Positions 38,801 to 50,588 of a stretch of 64,000 nt of DNA are shown piece by piece. How positions within the stretch are numbered: position 1 is the stretch's first letter; each line of letters opens with the position of its first letter. Below the pieces are notes generated by a model that was not told the DNA's origin, searched no databases, and was given only the letters and a program-made list of their open reading frames with translations. Position numbers and translations under genes: made by a program. Source of the stretch: Basidiobolus meristosporus CBS 931.73 (lineage: Eukaryota > Fungi > Basidiobolomycota); NCBI GenBank assembly GCA_002104905.1, contig MCFE01000004.1, forward strand, positions 124,001 to 188,000. The letters run 5' to 3'.

Positions 38801-40860
38801 TGGCACATTCCCAAGATCCAATGAGACAACACCCACAGAAAAAATGTTAAGGATAATTATGCAGTCAAGTGAGTCCAGTAACCCATTTACTGGTGAATGA
38901 TTTGTTGTTGTGACTAGAAAAGTGGCTTACTTCCACCAATAGCAGTGATGGGAGCTTCAAGGATTTGCTGCTACCTTGTGCCAAAATCATTGCTCAATGC
39001 AACATTCTATGTGCTTAGTACAAATGGGAAACTATCATGCAGCAGGCAATACATGACCCAGAGACTGTTCTGTTACTGGCATGTGTTAACAGTTGTATCA
39101 CATTCACATCACAAAATGTCACCAGCGCAAGGTTTCCAACATGTCAATAATCCACCACTGCAGGAGGACAAAAATTTTCATTCTGTGTGTATAAGCCAGT
39201 AATACTCAGTCTGAAGATGCTTGTATAGGCAAACATATAGTGTGATGCCAGAAAGTATTGCCCTTAGTATCAATTAAGTGCAATTCATTGAGATACTAGA
39301 TAGATATACTGGAAGTGAAATGGAGAATTAGAAGATCCACATGATGTTCACTTGTTGTTTTACTGAGTTGCAACACAAGATTGGTACTGATTGCAGAACT
39401 ACATAAATCTGACTATTTGGTCATTATTAAGCAAGTCTTAGGAGTAAAGGTGCCAAGCTTACGCACATTTAGGTAAGCTTCAGATTTTCCTAAAATCCCA
39501 AACTTCACTGATCCCTAAAAATTAACAGATATCATACAAACTAATTTTCAAGTAAATATTGAGAAATATATCACTTAATCAAGTGCTAGTTCAAAATACA
39601 TCAATAATATGGTGGACCTCTAATTATTTCAAAACAAGCATATCGCTCATACTTGATAGCAAACTTTACATCCAATAAAGTAGCAACAGTTACTTTGAGG
39701 GTATATATGATAATGCCTTTACCTTGGCACTTGATGGATTCTCATTAAACAAATACTCTGGCAGCAAATCCTGCAGGCCACTTATTCTCATCAATCACTA
39801 TCTGCCACCTATTATATGGTATCAGAGCCAAAATCTGATGGTAGTCTCACTGGTATTTGGGCCTAATTCACTGCCAAGCCTGGATAGCTGCCTGTATCCA
39901 TTGGTGGATGAGTTTTGTATGCCATCCCAAAGGATACAAGTAAATGACTGTTATGTTAAATTGCATATTATTATCTGCATTGGAGATACCCCAGCCATCA
40001 GCTAAACAGACCACTTTTCTGGGCACAATGGAGAGTATTGCTGTCAAACATGTGAGATCCAGGGGTTGTGCTGCATAACTCACAAACATTACTATTTTCC
40101 AAGCACCAATATTAAAGACATCATCTTTCCATAATGAGATTGTATCAAAGTCTGCATACAATTGCAGCTAAGCTGGTAAGCTGCAAGTCATTGACAGAAT
40201 ATAGAATTAATCAAAACCCGAGCTACTAAAGGTATAGGGAGTCTATTAGTGCAAAAGCTTTCCACTGGGAGCAATGCATTTGCTCTTCAACAATATCCCA
40301 TTGCTGGTGACTAAGTAGTACATGGGGCAATTCAAGCTCAGTGAGTCACTTGAAATACCAGCAAAATTTGAAAGAATTGCCAAGATATTTACAAGCATCC
40401 ACTACCTAGAGTATTTTCCCCAAGCCCAAATCATTATACATATATATAAGCAAATATACTAATACAAGTACCTGATAAATCAGATATGTACTTATGCAAG
40501 TGGCCTTCTGAGGCAATTTCCAATTAGAGTACATTGAAATCATAGGTAGTTACATGTTGACATTATTGTAATATTTATATCTGAAGCAGATTACCAATGC
40601 CAACTTGAATCATCTATAGCTTTTATGCAAGGAGTTTAGTGTTGAGATTTCAGTAGCTATAGTACAAGCATAAAGCTGGGTGCATGGATCTCTGCAGCTA
40701 CTGCACCCATCTTTACTCCATCTTGGCTAGTGTGTGGAAAATGTAGCACCTTGCTTCACCTTATGAGAGTTTCCTTTAGAGCACATGTGTGAGGACATAT
40801 AAAGGGGAGTCAAGTTGCAGGTACCACCATATCCCAATCTCTTCAAGACTATCATCCTGT
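35880..40860 (+). mobile_element. CACTA/EnSpm-like element remnant: Tnp2-like transposase pseudogene (~38350-40860, +) with a divergent second degenerate ORF region (~36000-38250, -)
   Basis: Fragments CVNSCITFT...CQ, LDGFSLNK..RPLILINHYLPP...FGPNSLPSLDSCLYPLVDEF...IGDTPAIS..GHNGEYCCQTC and SFPLE are typical of Transposase_21-type proteins. Termini not identified. Confidence 0.7.
37168..37537 (-). mobile_element. Copia solo LTR (Copia-1/2/3 family)
   Basis: 370-bp reverse-complement LTR. Flanks AGGAC/TGGAC (4 of 5 match). Confidence 0.85.
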
Positions 40861-40869
40861 ATTTGGTTT

Positions 40870-43050
40870 GTATCCACACCATGCTTCAGATGGAGTAGTG
40901 TCACAAAGTATTCTGTAATAACTCTTATTTTGAAGTTATATAGCTGTGTTAACTGATTCTACCCAAAAATCACAGGATAATTTCTGATCATAGATCAAAG
41001 TTCTTGTCATATCAATTATTGTGCTGTTTGCATGTTCTGCTGATCCATTTTGCTGTGGGGAGTATGGCACAGTAGTCTCTTGCTTTATCCCATGAATTTT
41101 GCAGAAGTGGATGAAGAGCTTGAGGTATACTCTCCACCATTGTCAGAGCATATTTTCATGATTTTTCACCATTTTCTCTCTCCACCATGACTTTGAACTC
41201 CCTGAGCTTAGACAGAGCTTCTTCCTTTCTCTCCATGAAGTAAACCCGCGTGAATTCTGTATAATCATCAATAAAAGTGATTAAATACTTCATCCCACCT
41301 AAGGACAAATTTTGCATAGGTCCACACAGATCTGAGTGAATTAGATCTAATTTTTTCTTAGTTTTGATTAACCCAGAGCTCTTGAACAGTTGTCTGGCTT
41401 GTTTCCCATATATGCAGGCCTCACAGTGGTCCAAATTAGCTGGGGGATCAATCTTTACTCTGGAAATCAGCTGATCTTTGATCATTTTGCACAAATAATC
41501 AAAATTTATGTGTCCAAATCTCCTGTGCCAAAGCATTGCTGTTTCTTCATTTTACCTGCTTATAGTGGCTTCCAAATAAGATTGAATATAAGTCAACTTG
41601 TATAGATTCTGATCACTGATACCCAAAGCAATATGGGCACCATTTTGATCAGTCATCTTGCATCCAGAATTGCCAAAGCTGAAACTGAGTCCTTCTGCAG
41701 TGGCCTTGCTTACAGATAGTAGGTTCTTGGCTATTTCTGGTACATGGAGTACTTCTTTAAAGGTCAGTGTATGGCTTCCTTCACTGCTTCTAAGGTTTAC
41801 TAGGATAGTTCCTTCTCCCACTGCATCAGGTGTCCTATAGTCACCCATGAAAACCTTCTTAATTGGAATTTCTTGAAATTGGGTAAAAGTTCTTTTAGGT
41901 GTGCAAAGTGTTGAGATGCTCCAGAGTCAATATGCCACATCTAAGAATCCTTGTTTTTGGTCATATTTAGTGCAGATATGAATAGTCTATCTTCAGCTGT
42001 TGCAGCATTTCCATGTTCTGGCTTCTTTTGATGATTATCTCTCTTTTTGAGACACTGGTCTGTTGTGTGTCCTTTCCTTTTATATTGGTTGCAAAACAGG
42101 TTTCTGTTGCCTTTGTAGGGTCTTGGGTACCTCCTTTGCTGGTTATCATTACTTATTAAAGCATTTTCTTCTTCCATCTTATTGGCGCTTGATTTTTTTG
42201 ATTCCTCATCCAGGCACCTTCCATATAAGTAATTTAAGGTCAAATCTTTAGTTCTGGACTCTAGGGCTGATACAAGGCTCTGAAACTTGTCTGCCAGGCT
42301 ATTCAGGATGGTAACTATTATATCCTCATCAGTAGGTGGTACACCCACAGATTCCATCTCATCTTCCAGCAGGGTAATTCTGTTAATTAGGTTTTTCATT
42401 TCTTCTCCTGGCAGCATCTTTAGAGTGAAGAATTTTTGTCTCAGATACATTTTCTTAGCAGCTGAACATGACTGGTAGGTGTTGTCTAATGCCTTCCAGG
42501 CATTCTTTGCCATTTTTGCTCTTGAGCATTGAATTAGCAATTTGTCCTAAACATTGAGGCCAATGCAGTTATAGGCACTTTGTTCTTTCTTCTGGTACTT
42601 TAAGGCTTCCTCTCCCACATTTTTAGGAGGGCATTCTTCTCCCATGACAATATCCCAAAGGCCTCTCTCTTGTAGCAGCATCTTCATCTTCACCTTCCAC
42701 ACTTGGTAGTTAGATCTATCCAACTTTTCAGCAGAGGGAAAAATTCCAGTAATAGCAGTAGTAGACATTGCAGAGAGTGACAGCTTGGGGTTCATAGCCT
42801 GTTGTAAGAGTCTTGAAGATATTGGAAGTGATTGGGAGAACAAGTAGATTATGTGGTTTTCACTTAATGATTTATTGAATGTAAAAGTAGTATTTATACT
42901 TTTACATGGTCTTGGCATAATAAGCGCATATAATAGGTTAAGGAAGGTCCCAAGAGCATGTGTGCAAAGTTTGGGGCTGTTTGGACAACTTATCCAATTT
43001 TCATGATCTGGGTAAATATTCTAAGTAAATTCCAACAAGGAATTTGGTCA
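40870..43050 (-). mobile_element. Second Ty1/copia family (Copia-F), 3'-truncated after the integrase core
   Basis: Gag from ATG 42768 (..KLDRSNYQVWKVKMKMLLQERGLWDIV), knuckle remnant, protease WHIDSGAS, GAG-pre-integrase LWHRRFGH and integrase HSDLCGP. PBS GGCTATGAACCCC adjoins the LTR edge at 42800. Confidence 0.85.
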
Positions 43051-43469
43051 GTATTCCCTAGGATTTGAAGGTAATGATCTAAGTGACTAAGTTAGGTGAA
43101 TATTTAGGTGGAATTACAAGTTTTTACAACAATAGGCTTATATCCAAAACCCCTAGTACACTATATTAAGACAATCAATGATGAATACAACTAGGTAAAT
43201 ATCCAGCTTTTCATGCTAGAACCAAGGACATTAATATTAGACACCACTTTGTATGGGATGCTTTAGGGAATAACCTAACTAACTTATCTTACTGTCCTAC
43301 AAAAGAAAGGACAGCCAACATGTTCATCAATTCATTAGTTAGAGACAAATTTGAATAACTTGGATCACTGTTGGACATAACATAAATAGATATCTAGCTG
43401 AGTGAGAGTGTTGCAAACTCATGGTAACACCAAATATTCACCTTACTCAGTTGCTTTCATGATTGTATT

Positions 43470-43990
43470 AAATCTTAGAGAATTCTGGCCAAACACCTTG
43501 TTGGGATTACCCAAACATGAGATTTCTCAAAGCTGTCTCAACAGCCCTAAACATTGCATGCCTGAAATTGGGATCTTTCTAAGCATATACTATGTATTAG
43601 TTTTTCCAAGATTATGTGAAAGTATAAATACTACATTCACATCCAATTAATCATCATATGAAAATCATATATTGGCTTGTCCTCCCAATCACTTCCAATA
43701 TCCCCAAAACTCTTACAGCACAATGTGCTTATGTTGTCAAGAACATGTAAAAGTAAAAGCATCACCTTTACATCCAATAACGCATTCAGTGAAAACCGCA
43801 TAATCTACTTGTTGTCCCAATCACTTCTGGTATCTCCAAAACTCTCACAATACTTCCCAATGCAGAAGTGATACTCACTGATTTACAAGAACCTGTGAAA
43901 ACCAACATGTACAGTACGCTTATGAAAGCTCCAAGATCTTGTGTATAATGTTTAGGGGCTTTAAGATAACTGGAGAACCACACACCTTGT
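43470..43990. repeat. Rearranged, partly inverted copies of the Copia-F LTR end
   Basis: 43480-43720 is the reverse complement of ~42800-43050. 43720-43850 repeats it in tandem and 43870-43990 repeats it in the opposite orientation. Confidence 0.6.
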
Positions 43991-45160
43991 AAAGCAGATT
44001 TTATATTAGGATCTTGCCAAGACCTTGGATTTTTACATTCAATAAATTATCTTGATGAATCTACATATCACCAAGTAATCTAAGACACTCCTAAGCTCCT
44101 GCTGCTACTTTGAGCAAATCCGACAACAGAACATGTTGCAAAGGCTTTTTGGTAACTGGCAAATTTGCTTGCTAATACTCAATTGAAAAGTCATAGCGGC
44201 ACTTTAAAAATACCAGTATTGCAACTATAAATATCAACCAGGATTCAGTCGAAATTACAAAATTCATTTACTTTTGGTAACTCTGTCCTGCTGTCGTGAT
44301 TGGAGTAAGGAGATATTCGCGCATTATTTGAGGCCAGTAAAATGGAAATATATGTGAGAGATCAGTAAAGCAAACCACCGATGAAGCCTCAATTTATGTG
44401 GGTATATGGCGATAATTTCAAGGCAGAGGCTTGATTGTCTGCTATCAGTTTGCTACTGTGTCAGGAGGAATAGTCGTAAACGTCCCACACTCTCAAAGTG
44501 GAGCCATTTCATGAAAACGGCTGTATAAGAAGTACGGTATCATGGCATAGTTCAAAAGAACATAAGAACGATATAGGCTAGTAGATTCAACACTGTTACC
44601 TGACATGCGCCAAAACATGGGGAGCATCGTACTATGCTTGAGTCTGGTGGTAATCGCCATGCATCCAACTTTGCATATGAAGGAACACTTTAGGGGTACG
44701 CCATCTTCGCATTGGATTCATTCATCAATGTGAATCTAGCCTGCCTGTTCTTATAGTTACCCGCACACATGCTCAGCTCTTACCACCTTGCCTTAGCCTG
44801 CACCGACTCCCCATATTACCCCTGATCTCGCGCACTTGCTTCCTTAGATTACATATGCCGGAGATTATTGGAGGCCTATAATAAAGCACACGCACCCTAG
44901 TTCTTTGATTTTTTTCTCGTAACTACTGTTAGGAGTGGATTTTTACAACGTGGAACTACTCGGTCTCCCCACCAACACCAACTTCATGGCTTCTGGCCAG
45001 ACGAATCAATGATCGATTCTTATTTAGACTAAATCGAAGACACCATCACATTCTCCAGAACAATCAGGTTAGTCCCGGTCAAGAACCATACCAAGCCCAC
45101 CTCTGACCCCCGTTCAACTAATTTTGTAGTGTTGCCCGCTATTTAAGTAATTCCCTCTCA

Positions 45161-46616
45161 ATGAAACCTTCATACGTGGCCTGGACAATTTGCAGAGCAT
45201 CTCTACCTTTGATCCTTTCACTTAAATCTTTCCTGCCAACGTCTTCTGCATCCGCCACAACCACCACCACCACTTCTTGGCAAACATCTACGACTGCTGG
45301 ATCAACATCGTTTACTTCCCAGTCGACTATAGCTTGGGATACAGAGAATATTTCCCAGACCATATCGGTGATACCACGAGATGGTATGTACTTTTACTGC
45401 CCGTCATATGGAAACCAAGTACAGGCCTAAACTTGCATTTTCTGAGCAGTGCTGGAGGAGAACTGTGGGCCGGATATCTACTGTCTACCGAAGGCTGATG
45501 ATACATGGGTCATGGGGAAACTCCCCAGTGGTATGATTCGATGGAACCATAACCACCCTCTGTTCAAGGTGCAGGGCTATGTGGATGTTCGCCTTTTCGA
45601 GATGACCGACACCCGTAAGCCTGTCAAGGAGTGGATCAACATACACAACAACGACGGTTTGCTGACCGTCAGCCTAACCAAGGATACGGACTGGTTTGCA
45701 CTGACCCATGGCAACCGTGAGAACACCAGCATCATGAGACAGTTTCGATTCTTGATCACTCCGCATGGCGACTGGGCAGAACATCAACCTTGGGGACCAA
45801 TTTTCAACATAGAAGGTATGCACACTTGCTTTGCGACCATACTCTGTGCTTGTTGATAACCTGATCCTCCGTTAGAGCCCCCATCATTCGCCATCCAACC
45901 ATCCAATACCCATGCTACCGAGTCGGGGAAGCTAGCAAGAGATGCGCTTACCCCTTATGGCGCCAAGCCTACGTCTACGAATATCGAGGTAATGATCAGT
46001 AATGCTGATCCCTCGCCCAATCAGGATAGGATACCCCCTTGGGTAGTTGTCGGTATTGGTGCCAGCTGCCTAGTTACAGTGCTTGTTAGTGCCATATATC
46101 CTTTTGAAATCTTTACGGTAGATGGTGTGAGCCGAGAGTTTCATTTGATTGATTATCTATTCCTTAATTCGAGGGCATACATTGATCTTTGTAGTACGTC
46201 GTCGCCACCCCCCGAAAACCATCAGCCTAACGTTTGATGATGTCGGTACATTACCAACCCATGGCCCAGACTCGTCAGATGAGAAGAAAAATCTAGAGGC
46301 CGATGGCGGATCCCATCAATTAATCGGAACTGATTCCGATCAGACTCCCAATTCGTTGCGGCTAACCGTGAAAGACGCCCGAATGATCGCCGATACCTAT
46401 AGGCAGCTACTAAGAAAACCTAGCTGGAGTGGCAGGGACATCGAGACCCCCCAACGAACAAAATCGTATTACAGCGATGAACTGATGAAGCGGGAGTTAG
46501 CAGCCGAAGGAACTGGTGTGAAGCACGTTACGTGGACAACATTGTCGGCGCCGGAAACAGTTCCCGAAGACCAGGAATGGTCCAGAAACAGTATATTCGT
46601 TGAGTCATCTGCTTAG
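45161..46616 (+). CDS. Type I single-pass membrane protein (signal-like N-terminus, S/T-rich stretch, Cys-containing ectodomain, TM, cytoplasmic tail), about 4 exons
   Basis: In-frame joins at 45383/45450 and 45815/45876 across GTATGT/GTATGC..AG introns. Hydrophobic segment PPWVVVGIGASCLVTVLV is followed by RRR. The tail runs ...IADTYRQLLRKPSW...ELMKRELAAEGTGV. The third intron junction is uncertain. Confidence 0.75.
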
Positions 46617-46851
46617 CGGAAATGTGTCGGCCTCTGCGCTATTCCCTTGTTTTCTTCTAAACCGGCTTTATTTAAGAAAATGATCATATACAATGATTAA
46701 AGATAGATTGCTTGTATCCCGCTGTAAATAGTCGACTTGATAAAAAGATTTTGGGAACCTCAGTAGGAAGGCAGACAATGGTTAAATCATCATTATATGA
46801 TTTCTGTCAATGACACATCCATTGGGTTTCTTCATAGGTTCCAATGTTGTT

Positions 46852-46920
46852 CGCGCCTCGGGAATCGAACCCCTGACCCAGAGCATTGCTCCGAAATCAC
46901 TGACCACTCAGCTAGCACGC
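46852..46920 (-). ncRNA. tRNA-like Pol III element (pseudo-tRNA or SINE head)
   Basis: Minus strand has A-box TAGCTGAGTGG and B-box GGTTCGATTCC at tRNA spacing, with an anticodon-like hairpin centred on AAT. Acceptor and T stems are mismatched and the loop bases are atypical. Confidence 0.5.
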
Positions 46921-48022
46921 TTTTACGTTTTAAGATGGATATCATGGAATTTTATCTATTTACACTTTACATCTCGAATACCAATAGGTTATCAATTTTG
47001 AAAAAAAAAATGAACGTTTTGAACCGTGATTGTGTACTACACACTCTCTCCACATGATTGACACTTGACAGTGTAACAGAACCTGTAGGATGTTCCTTGC
47101 CTACTCCAATGTTATCTGTGTAGATTGGACTGCCAATACTGATAACACAATCAAAGTTTCGGAAATTTCTCGGCCTATGGATAGGATGCGTGTAGTGGTG
47201 GGTGTTTAGATATCTGGAAACAGACCAGTCGATCGAGGGTGATCCATACACTCTGACTCACAACTCTATCTACGGTGTAAACTTCCAATGACAGATTAGC
47301 CAAATTCTGGCATGCGGTCATAGATCGGCTTATCGTTTACCAGACAGCTACGGATACTCTGATATCTTATCATCGTGTCTCGCTTGCACTTGACTTTGAC
47401 AGGAACCGTGCCTAGAATTTGATACCTTCCCCGCTAAACATAGAGTGTACACACTGAATACTGCAGGTGGATACTCGCCTCGATGACCGGAATACTGCGG
47501 TATGTTAGGAATTACGGCCATTGGATTGAAGGAAATTAATATCAACTATAACCATATACAAATTCTTTATCATTCTATGGGTGTCGACTTTAATTGAGCC
47601 TAATCCTTTATTCTAAGTAACATCAATCTTTCCTATTTTGGAGATAAACGATGAATTTTTCCACGGTCAGATAACAATATTGCAAGGTTGAGAGAGAAAG
47701 AGCTCTGATTGGTGAAGCCAAGATCAGGTTTCAAGGGAGGGGATTAAGATTCCAACTTTGCTCAATTCCTGGTTCAAGATTACGACGGGACAATTATGCT
47801 GTCAGTCAAACCCCAAGTCTTATTGGCTGCATGATCATGTGAGGTTCCTGTTTATGGTCTCTGGTGAAAGGAAGCCGGCCAAATCCATAATGGAAACATA
47901 CCGGAGTTCCGGTCACTTTTTGTTGACTAATTAAGGCCAGGCTTCGTTTATAAAAACTGCCTTTGCCAGCAGTAGAATAGCAAACCATCAGCGTCACCAG
48001 CATTCCCTACTAGCCTTACAAG

Positions 48023-48208
48023 ATGAGAATCAACGAAGTGTCCAGCATCGAAACCATTACTTTCCTTCGCCTCACTCCCGAAGAATGCGACCAGGCCACT
48101 ACAGGATTGGAGACCGAGGACCAAGCCCCGCTTGCCGAACCAGTATTCAATGGCTTCAAGTTCATGCGGTTGACCCCTGAGCCCATCGAAGGAGCCCCCA
48201 AATGTTAG
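48023..48208 (+). CDS. Double-F[LM]RLTP micropeptide 1 (61 aa)
   Basis: MRINEVSSIETIT-FLRLTPEE...NGFK-FMRLTPEPIEGAPKC. TATAAAAA at 47949. Confidence 0.85.
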   Translation: MRINEVSSIETITFLRLTPEECDQATTGLETEDQAPLAEPVFNGFKFMRLTPEPIEGAPKC

Positions 48209-48489
48209 CTTGGCCATTTTAAAGCACAGAGTGTGTTTGGGACGGCTCCGCTAACATTCCTCCTTTTGTACTATAATAATCATTTTCGTTGAAAATGAAC
48301 ACTGCAGTCAGGAGCAAACTTATGTAATTGGGATTCCCATACGTGAGGCTATAAATAATTCAACCAATTTTTGTGAATAAACCAAATCTATACCATAATT
48401 ATTATACAGTTCGTTAGGCTCCCGTTAATTCAAGAGCTCATAAAATATATTTATACGATGGATATTCGAGTACACGGTTGGCATGGCAA

Positions 48490-48702
48490 CTACATATCAA
48501 CGGAGGAGCGTCGCGGTGTAAAGTCTGAGATATTGCTATGATCAAACTCTGGGGTCAAGCGAAGGAATACCAGCTTGGTAAGTACACCATCGTTTATTTT
48601 CTCGGTGGTTTCGGGCAACATTGGGACGTAGGTATCATTTGGTTCCTCTGCAACCAGGCGAAGGAAGGTAGTCGGTTGATTCTTATGAATTAGCTCTTGC
48701 AT
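48490..48702 (-). CDS. Double-motif micropeptide 2 (70 aa)
   Basis: MQELIHKNQPTT-FLRLVAEE...-FLRLTPEF...RRSSVDM. TATAAAA at 48762-48756. Confidence 0.85.
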   Translation of the reverse strand: MQELIHKNQPTTFLRLVAEEPNDTYVPMLPETTEKINDGVLTKLVFLRLTPEFDHSNISDFTPRRSSVDM

Positions 48703-49504
48703 CTTGTCTTATGTAGCTGATATGGATTGATGGTTGGGGATGAGCACCAGCAAGGTTTTATACAGCTGTGCTATGCACCGGTCAAGATAAGAACCCGAGT
48801 GGATAGAGTACTGTTGACTTGGAAAGACTCAAAACCAGAATGCTTATCTGTAGGGGGAGTTCGTCCAAAGCTCAAGACTCACACCCCGTAATACCAGTAG
48901 CTATTTGGTGGGTTCGGCGTGGATATGACTCGACCTGCAACGCCACGAGTGGTGGATGCAATGAATCAGTCATGAATCCAGTATATGGAAAGGGCCGATT
49001 ATCTTCAATCTCAAATTTAAAGCGAGAAGTCGCATTAGGGTTCATCAGCAATAGAGACTGATCCCAGTGGTGGTTGAAACGCTCAAAATCATCCCATCTT
49101 TCACATCCGTCCACATTACCAAGCATCATTACCACTCGGGAGGGAGGTTTTAGAATCACCAGATAACTAGTTTTTCTCATTATGAGATGGGTCATGTACA
49201 AATAGGAAATTCCAGTATTTTCAGGATGAGATATCAGAAAAAAGGGTCTAGTAGCACATCTGGATTTCCCAGTAAACCATAAACGTAAAGTGAGATTCAC
49301 TTCAGTAAATTAGGCTAATTCGTTTTCAGTTCAAGATAATATTTTTCACCCCAGTTGGGAATAGTATCTTTTTTCCGGTTTTTCATCGGTATGTAAAATA
49401 TCGTAGATCAATCAGGTTACGATGTTCACAAAGTTTCTTACAGATTTATTGAAGTTTACAAGCAATGGACCTTCGGCATAGAAAAATGATGCGTTTCAAG
49501 TTAT

Positions 49505-49726
49505 TTACATTTCAATCGAGGATCTTCGGGAGGTCTTCTGTGATTCGGTTGTCATATCAAACTCGGGGGTTAACCTCATGAAGACCTTATCTTCGTGTTG
49601 CTTGGTCTCTGCGAAGCTCTTGGAGTCAATCAGCTCTAGCAGTACAGGAAGCTCTACAGGGACTGGTTCTTCAGGACTTAACCGGAGGAAAGCCATAGGT
49701 TGGTTGTTGTGGATCAAGCTTTGCAT
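49505..49726 (-). CDS. Double-motif micropeptide 3 (73 aa)
   Basis: MQSLIHNNQPMA-FLRLSPEE...-FMRLTPEF...RRSSIEM. TTTAAATA at 49798-49791. Confidence 0.85.
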   Translation of the reverse strand: MQSLIHNNQPMAFLRLSPEEPVPVELPVLLELIDSKSFAETKQHEDKVFMRLTPEFDMTTESQKTSRRSSIEM

Positions 49727-50024
49727 GCTGGGCGGTAGAAGTCTGGACGGAGAGGTAGACTGGATGAATCTCCAGGGTAGCTGGGAGGAGTATTTAAAGA
49801 CTTTGCGATCATCTACGTTTCATTTATAATACAACTTGCATGATGCTGGTTTAGATTAAAAAATAACATGAAGAATACTGGGAAATCAATGGCGCGATTG
49901 ATGAAGCATACAGCCACAGATCATGGAGGAAGCAATTTTGAAACGAATCACATCAGCTTCCCATGATGATTAGCATTCAATGTAAGCATCATTCGTTCGT
50001 GGGAACTGGTAAACTCAGCACTTT

Positions 50025-50381
50025 CCTCTAGAGGCATCTTGCTGTTCCGTTAGAAACATATTTCCTCTAGGGGAAAACCGGCAGATCTAACACGCACCTT
50101 CCTCTAGAGGATGACGGTTTCGTAGCTTTGATGATTAATGTCCCTCAAAGTGTGGAATGGCACCCAACAACCCGCATTAATTTAGTGGAATTATAATTAG
50201 TAATTTCATTGATTGTAACCAGGGCTGTCAAGCCTAATTACACGCGAAGTCACTATATCATTCCCCATAAATAGCCATCAATACCTGTTCCCGAGACCAA
50301 CACGGATTTAACTCTGAGATCACAGCAGCGTGAGAACACCACCTGCCTGTATCAGACTGAAACTTCGATTTCCTCTAGAGG
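50025..50381. promoter_or_regulatory. Four copies of palindromic CCTCTAG(A/G)GG in the divergent promoter of micropeptides 3 and 4
   Basis: Copies at 50025-50034, 50064-50073 (within TTTCC-N6-GGAAA), 50101-50110 and 50372-50381, each preceded by TT. Confidence 0.6.
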
Positions 50382-50588
50382 CAACCAGAGTTGTGGATTC
50401 TTTGTATTTCCACCTTGCTGAAACAGAGTTCCTAATTCGTCCGTGTCAATTGAAGCAACGAAGAAAGAGAGTCGCCCATTTCGTACACTCCGATGTCAAA
50501 TAAAGCTAAGCCTTCTCCTCGCCCATTTTGAAGGTATAAATCCCCCGAGCTCCTGCCTAACTATCAACCATCAAGTCCAGCCAACGTC

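Noticed and set aside
46340-46375. NSLRLTV in the membrane-protein tail as a copy of the micropeptide motif
   Set aside because: It lacks the invariant Phe and the Pro, and is a single occurrence compatible with chance.
46852-46920. Functional tRNA-Ile(AAT)
   Set aside because: The acceptor and T stems are mismatched, and the anticodon loop lacks the U33 and purine-37 context. Reported only as tRNA-like.
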